Shown: positions 59,301 to 64,000 of the stretch, in pieces
Numbering within the stretch: position 1 is the first letter of the stretch
How the letters are laid out: the number at the start of each line of letters is the position of its first letter
Assembly (NCBI GenBank): GCA_963651945.1
Contig: CAVJRF010000003.1
Coordinates: 41,432 to 105,431 of the forward strand
Origin: Eggerthellaceae bacterium
GTDB taxonomy: Archaea; Thermoplasmatota; Thermoplasmata; Methanomassiliicoccales; Methanomethylophilaceae
Direction of reading: 5' to 3'
Length of the DNA: 64,000 bases
Position numbers and translations under genes: made by a program
Notes under the pieces: generated by a model
What the model was told of the DNA's origin: nothing
Databases searched by the model: none
Seen by the model: the letters and a program-made list of their open reading frames with translations, nothing else

Positions 59301-61220
59301 TCATCTTCTTCTTTTGTCGCCCTTCCTCTTGTTGAAGGATTTGTGTCCGAAGGACTTCTTCCTGTAACCGTCATCGATGAATATGGACTCGAATGTCGCG
59401 AGGTCGTCCTTCTCCTCATAATGGTCGCGGACGAAGTCCTTGACGGCATCCGTCTCGCATACCTTCCTGAGCCATTTGACCGACGGTAACGAATCGTCAC
59501 CCTCCATCTCCAGCTCGAAATAGAGCCTTGCGGCCTCCATGTCCGCCCCGCTGTCGTGGAGGGCGTAGATCATCGCCTTGGAACGGTACCTCTTATCATG
59601 CATCCTGTTGATCAGTTCGTTCCTGCATTCGGTGTATCCGTTCCTCGCATTGACCCTGTACCAATCCATCTCCTTCTCGACACTCTGCTCGCCGAGTCTC
59701 GAACCGACCTTGAGGATCAGAGATCTGTCGCTCTGACAGTACTTCTCCAGGTACATCGTATCCTCGAATCCGTCGAAGTATAATGATAACAATCCGTCGA
59801 GATCCATCCTTGCGAGGTAGATCTCGGCCACGGACCTCTTGATATCGGGCCTGTACATCAATGGGATGAGTTCCTCCAATGCCTCGTCCGAACCTGCCTT
59901 GGCGGCCTTCACCATCTGCGGGATCCAATCCTCCTTCTTCGCCTGGAGGTTCTTGGCCCTGAGGAATAATCCGAAGGGTGTGTCCTTGATGTTCAGATGA
60001 TACTCCTCGGAGATTATCAGTTCCTTGAACTGGGGATACTTCTCCTTCAGCCATGACATCTCGGTGCCCTTCGACCTGTTGTCCATGTACTCGAGGAAGA
60101 ATGCCGCCTCGGGGAAACGGGGTGCCAACCTCTGCAGGCCCCTCACCGCCGACTGGTTACCTTTCATGGCGTGTGCGAAGCTCGTGTGGACCGATTGTCT
60201 CAATCTCTTGTTCTCCTCGAAACGCTGCAGATTCCTCTCAGCCCTCACGGAGTCCTTCTTCCTTTTGAGGAGTTTGAGACCATCGACGACCTTCGGATCG
60301 TCATCGCCGCAGTCGCTTGCGAAGACATCTATGATGGGATCCTCTCCCTCGACCTCCTCCAAGCGTATCTTGCAGTAGATGGCATGCCTGTTCTCATCCG
60401 AATATCTTGAATCGAAGAACGAACGGTCGTATGTCCTATCGAGTGTGAAACAAAGATAATCGTACTCCACCAACGCATCCTCGGAGCATCTCTCCTGAAT
60501 GGTCGCCCTCTTCTCCGCAAAGTTCTCCTTGCCTATGTTGCGCAACATCGACAAGGCGTTGTTCTCGCAACCTTTGCTCATGAGTACCGCACCGTGGAGG
60601 TACATGATCATCGCAAGATCATCCTTACCGTTCGCCTGACAGTCGACGCCTCTGAAGAGCAGTTTCTGCGAATCAGACGGGAGCTTGAACCTCCTCTCGT
60701 CATGGACCTGTTCCCTGTCGTTGCGTACATCATCGCCGTCACGAGGTCTGAATTCCCTACGGGGTCTATCTCCATCCCTCGGCTGACGCCTGTCGCCATC
60801 ACGTGACCTGAACTCTCTGTGTGGCCTGTCACCGTCGCGGGGTCTGAATTCCCTGCGGGGTCTGTCCCTATCATTTCCATCGCGGGGCTTGTACTCTCTG
60901 CGGGGTCTGTCCCCATCACGAGGTTTGAATTCCCTATGAGGTCTGTCCCTATCATTCCCGTCACGAGGTCTGAATTCCCTGCGGGGCCTGTCGCCATCAC
61001 GGGGCCTGAAATCCCTGTGAGGCCTATCTCCATCCCTCGATTGATGCCTGTCGCTGTCGGACCTACGTCCTCTGCCGAACGAACTGTGACCACCGTGGGA
61101 GTCCCTGCCATGAAAGTCCCTGCGACCTCTGTCATGACCTCCGTCAGCATCGTTCCCCCTCCCGTTACGGTAAGGTCTGTCTCTGGGTTTGTGATCGTGG
61201 TCTCTTCTCTCGTCGGTCAT
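59301..61220 (-). CDS. Hypothetical protein with Arg/Asp-rich repetitive N-terminus and helical body
   Basis: 639-aa ORF with ~175 aa of RPRREFRPRDG(N)D-type repeats and a basic C-terminal tail. Confidence 0.8.
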   Translation of the reverse strand: MTDERRDHDHKPRDRPYRNGRGNDADGGHDRGRRDFHGRDSHGGHSSFGRGRRSDSDRHQSRDGDRPHRDFRPRDGDRPRREFRPRDGNDRDRPHREFKPRDGDRPRREYKPRDGNDRDRPRREFRPRDGDRPHREFRSRDGDRRQPRDGDRPRREFRPRDGDDVRNDREQVHDERRFKLPSDSQKLLFRGVDCQANGKDDLAMIMYLHGAVLMSKGCENNALSMLRNIGKENFAEKRATIQERCSEDALVEYDYLCFTLDRTYDRSFFDSRYSDENRHAIYCKIRLEEVEGEDPIIDVFASDCGDDDPKVVDGLKLLKRKKDSVRAERNLQRFEENKRLRQSVHTSFAHAMKGNQSAVRGLQRLAPRFPEAAFFLEYMDNRSKGTEMSWLKEKYPQFKELIISEEYHLNIKDTPFGLFLRAKNLQAKKEDWIPQMVKAAKAGSDEALEELIPLMYRPDIKRSVAEIYLARMDLDGLLSLYFDGFEDTMYLEKYCQSDRSLILKVGSRLGEQSVEKEMDWYRVNARNGYTECRNELINRMHDKRYRSKAMIYALHDSGADMEAARLYFELEMEGDDSLPSVKWLRKVCETDAVKDFVRDHYEEKDDLATFESIFIDDGYRKKSFGHKSFNKRKGDKRRR

Positions 61221-61327
61221 GGGACTTATCTCTTAACAGTTCCATAACGATTTGATATTAAATCTATCGTCACGACCATCCCGTACGGGACTCATGATTA
61301 TATCCGAATTCGACATTCATCCCAACC

Positions 61328-61819
61328 ATGACCATCCTCTCTGACAAGGATATTACCGAAAGCATAATGACCGGCAACATAGGGATCTCGGATTTCATCG
61401 AGAAGAACCTGACACCGAACGGATACGATCTCACCATCTCCGAGATAAAGATCAACGGCTCGGACGAGATCCATAAAGAGGGCGTGGTCAAGATACCCGG
61501 AAGGACCTTGGCATTCGTATCCACCAAAGAGAGGGTGAGGATGCCCGACGACATCTGCGGACAGTTATGGATGAGGACCACATGGATGAGGAAGGGGCTC
61601 ATCGGTGTGTTCGGCAAGGTCGATGCGGGTTACGAAGGGACGCTCACGTTCGGATGCTACAACACCGGTGACAACGATGTCGAGTACCCCATAGGCGAGA
61701 GGTTCTGTCAGATCGTCTTCGAGCAGATGGCATCGCCGAGTGCCAAGAGCTATGAGAAGAGGAGCGGACACTATCAGGGTTCCACCGGGATCGTGCTCGA
61801 CCCCATCAAGAAACAGTGA
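61328..61819 (+). CDS. dcd: dCTP deaminase / dUTPase family
   Basis: ILSDKDI, PNGYDL, RTTWMRKG, VDAGYEGTLT, RFCQIVF, YQG. Confidence 0.85.
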   Translation: MTILSDKDITESIMTGNIGISDFIEKNLTPNGYDLTISEIKINGSDEIHKEGVVKIPGRTLAFVSTKERVRMPDDICGQLWMRTTWMRKGLIGVFGKVDAGYEGTLTFGCYNTGDNDVEYPIGERFCQIVFEQMASPSAKSYEKRSGHYQGSTGIVLDPIKKQ

Positions 61820-61843
61820 ATACATCCCCCGCAAGGGGGACAT

Positions 61844-62839
61844 TCATCTTCTTTTCAGATCGATGACGTATACGCTCGCGGTTGGCGAATATGTCTTCAG
61901 TTCCTTCAGTTCGGATATCTCGCAATCGAGGCCTTTATCTTTCATATCATCGACGAGGTCCCTGCAGAATTGATCGATATCCGCACGTTCGAGGATCTTA
62001 TGCATATGGACGGTACCGCCGACCTTCGTCTTGGACAGTGCATCCGGCAGGAAGTCCTGTGCGATCTGCGGAAGGTTCATTATCACCCTGTCCGCGTCGG
62101 GAAGGTCCTTGACCACTTCCCTCGCATCCCCTTCGAGCGGTATGATGTTGTCGAAATGGTTCAACCCGACATTGATCCTAGCATATTCCACGGCATCGTG
62201 ATTCAGATCGATGGCGTACACCACCTTGGGGTGTGCGTATCTGCATATGGTCAGCGGGAACGGTGCCACTCCGGCGAACATATCGATCACCACCTCACCA
62301 TCCTTCACCAACGATGCGACACGCTCCCTCTCCGTCGCCAATCTCGGATTGTAGTAGACCTTGGCCGGATCGGTCATCATCACGACACCCGATTCGCGAT
62401 GCTTGGTCTCTGATGGACCTGTGCCTGCGATCAGTTCCAGATCCCTGACACGGAGCTCTCCCTTCACACCTCCGTCCAGAAGGACGCACCGTGTGTTGGA
62501 TGATGTCTTCAGCAATGCCTCCCCTATCTCGTGCTTCAGAGGCAACAGCTCATCCACCAACTTCACCACGAGGACATCCCCGATGTTGTCGTACGAATTG
62601 GGAAGGATGTCCCTCACCTCCTCCGGGAGATACAGTCTGTAATCCGTTATCTTGCGGTCGATATGCTCCAGATCCCTGTCGCATACCTCATAATCCTCGA
62701 AGGAATCCGCGAGGATCGGTATCAGAAGATGATCCCCGTCCTTACCTATCCTGGTGTCGGGATCCAACACATCCAGATCCTTCAGTCTCATCCTGACGGC
62801 ATTGCCTTCGACCTTCGGGACACGGATGCATCTTACCAT
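61844..62839 (-). CDS. trm5: tRNA m1G37 methyltransferase (Trm5/Met-10+ family)
   Basis: YDNIGDV, VYYNPRLATERER, DMFAGVAPF, IDLN, DRVIMNLP. Confidence 0.85.
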   Translation of the reverse strand: MVRCIRVPKVEGNAVRMRLKDLDVLDPDTRIGKDGDHLLIPILADSFEDYEVCDRDLEHIDRKITDYRLYLPEEVRDILPNSYDNIGDVLVVKLVDELLPLKHEIGEALLKTSSNTRCVLLDGGVKGELRVRDLELIAGTGPSETKHRESGVVMMTDPAKVYYNPRLATERERVASLVKDGEVVIDMFAGVAPFPLTICRYAHPKVVYAIDLNHDAVEYARINVGLNHFDNIIPLEGDAREVVKDLPDADRVIMNLPQIAQDFLPDALSKTKVGGTVHMHKILERADIDQFCRDLVDDMKDKGLDCEISELKELKTYSPTASVYVIDLKRR

Positions 62840-62959
62840 GTCCACTCGATGATACTGACTAGTAGATAAATGTATTTCACGTCACACATCACTGTGCCAG
62901 CCTCGATTTTGACATAGGTGTATTTATAATCGTACGACAATCCGTATCCCGTGGGTCAA

Positions 62960-63724
62960 ATGTCTAAAGGGGTTCTGTTGATCGGATACGGTTCGGATAA
63001 GCCGTACAACCATGATGCATTGCTGTCGAATGCTGATAAGCTCAGGAAAGCAGGATTCAACACTTACATCGCATTCATCGGTCCGGATGAACCCAACATC
63101 AGATCCGCTATGAAACTCATGTCCGAGGACGGTATCGACGATGTCGTCGTCATACCGTTCATGATGTCATCGGGAGAGATGACGTTCAGCTACATCCCGA
63201 GACAGCTCGGGTTGAACGATGACAGATACAAGGACTACAATGTCAGGAACATGATCGTGCATTATGTCAGACCCATCGGGGAACATCCCGGCATCGTGGA
63301 CATAATCGAGAAGCACATCAACTCAGTGTCCGACATAGACAACGAGACGGGCATAATGCTCATCACCCACGGCTCACAGATGAAATACAGCGCACAGATG
63401 GCCCAGAAGAATGCCGACGAGCTCACGAAGAAAGGCTACAAGAAGGTGTTCACGGCTTTCATCGATCATAACGAACCGTCGATCGGCGATTGTGCAAGAT
63501 TCATGATGAGCACAGGCGTCAGGAGGATCATCGCCGTACCCCTGATCATATCCACCGGATTGCTGGTGAACTGCAACATACCGAGATACCTCGGATTGCC
63601 GGAGAACACGGATTGCGGTACATCCATACAGTTCGGTGACGAGATCGATGTGTACATCACCGGCGCCATAGGCGTGGATGATGGGTTCACCGACCTCCTG
63701 ATCGACATCATCAACGGTGCATGA
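62960..63724 (+). CDS. Tandem-domain CbiX/SirB-family chelatase-like protein
   Basis: Two repeats: LLIGYGS...AF...EP.I...VVIPFMMSSG and MLITHGS...AF...EPSI...AVPLIISTG. Confidence 0.8.
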   Translation: MSKGVLLIGYGSDKPYNHDALLSNADKLRKAGFNTYIAFIGPDEPNIRSAMKLMSEDGIDDVVVIPFMMSSGEMTFSYIPRQLGLNDDRYKDYNVRNMIVHYVRPIGEHPGIVDIIEKHINSVSDIDNETGIMLITHGSQMKYSAQMAQKNADELTKKGYKKVFTAFIDHNEPSIGDCARFMMSTGVRRIIAVPLIISTGLLVNCNIPRYLGLPENTDCGTSIQFGDEIDVYITGAIGVDDGFTDLLIDIINGA

Positions 63725-63767
63725 ACCCGACATACCTTTTTTTACTACAGCACACATCGACGATGCG

Positions 63768-64000
63768 ATGACATCCGAACTGATCTTTGTTGGACTCGGC
63801 CTCAGCGGGACCGACGGTATGACCGTGAAAGCATATGAAGCGTTGAAGACGTGCGACAAGATATATGCCGAATTCTACACATCGTTCCTGATCGGAACGA
63901 GCATCGAGGATCTCGAGAAGGCGTTGGGGAAGAAGATCAACGTACTCTACAGAGGACAGGTCGAAGAGGGAGAGGATGTAATCAACGACGCGAGGACCAT
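63768..64000 (+). CDS. dph5: Diphthine synthase, 5' part (runs off window end)
   Basis: Manual translation MTSELIFVGLGLSGTDGMTVKAYEALKTCDKIYAEFYTS...RGQVEE. Confidence 0.9.
   Translation, partial: MTSELIFVGLGLSGTDGMTVKAYEALKTCDKIYAEFYTSFLIGTSIEDLEKALGKKINVLYRGQVEEGEDVINDART

Noticed and set aside
677..63859. Numerous overlapping antisense or alternate-frame ORFs in the track (e.g. 10839-11648, 30256-31359, 51055-51987, 56201-57262)
   Set aside because: They are shadows of well-supported genes caused by codon bias, with no independent motifs.

Overview
Archaeal chromosomal segment, most consistent with a host-associated Methanomassiliicoccales (Methanomethylophilaceae-like) methanogen. This is inferred from pelota, Dph5, Trm5, the DUF39/NIL-ferredoxin/COG2122 homocysteine genes and near-exclusive TGA stops. 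Bases 1-13.6 kb hold a minus-strand operon of large surface proteins: a 3004-aa BspA-LRR/beta-propeller/Ig adhesin, DUF4430-like proteins and a BtuF-like binding protein. It has a palindromic operator shared with a neighbouring Zn-ribbon/HTH gene, a structured leader and intercistronic hairpins. Next come a bacterial-type dat-ddc pair, an AAA/DUF4143 ATPase with a palindromic tandem repeat and an orphan paralog 3' end, and housekeeping genes (asd, mgtA, pyrG, carAB, pelota, proAB, dcd, trm5, dph5). Three tRNAs are present. An unannotated 270-bp-spaced duplicated structured element at 38.4-38.9 kb encodes a short amphipathic peptide, and a tRNA-Thr-adjacent variable region carries an Hhe-like helicase-nuclease. 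No CRISPR array, rRNA, integrase or intact transposase was seen. All family assignments come from motif recognition by eye, not database searches.
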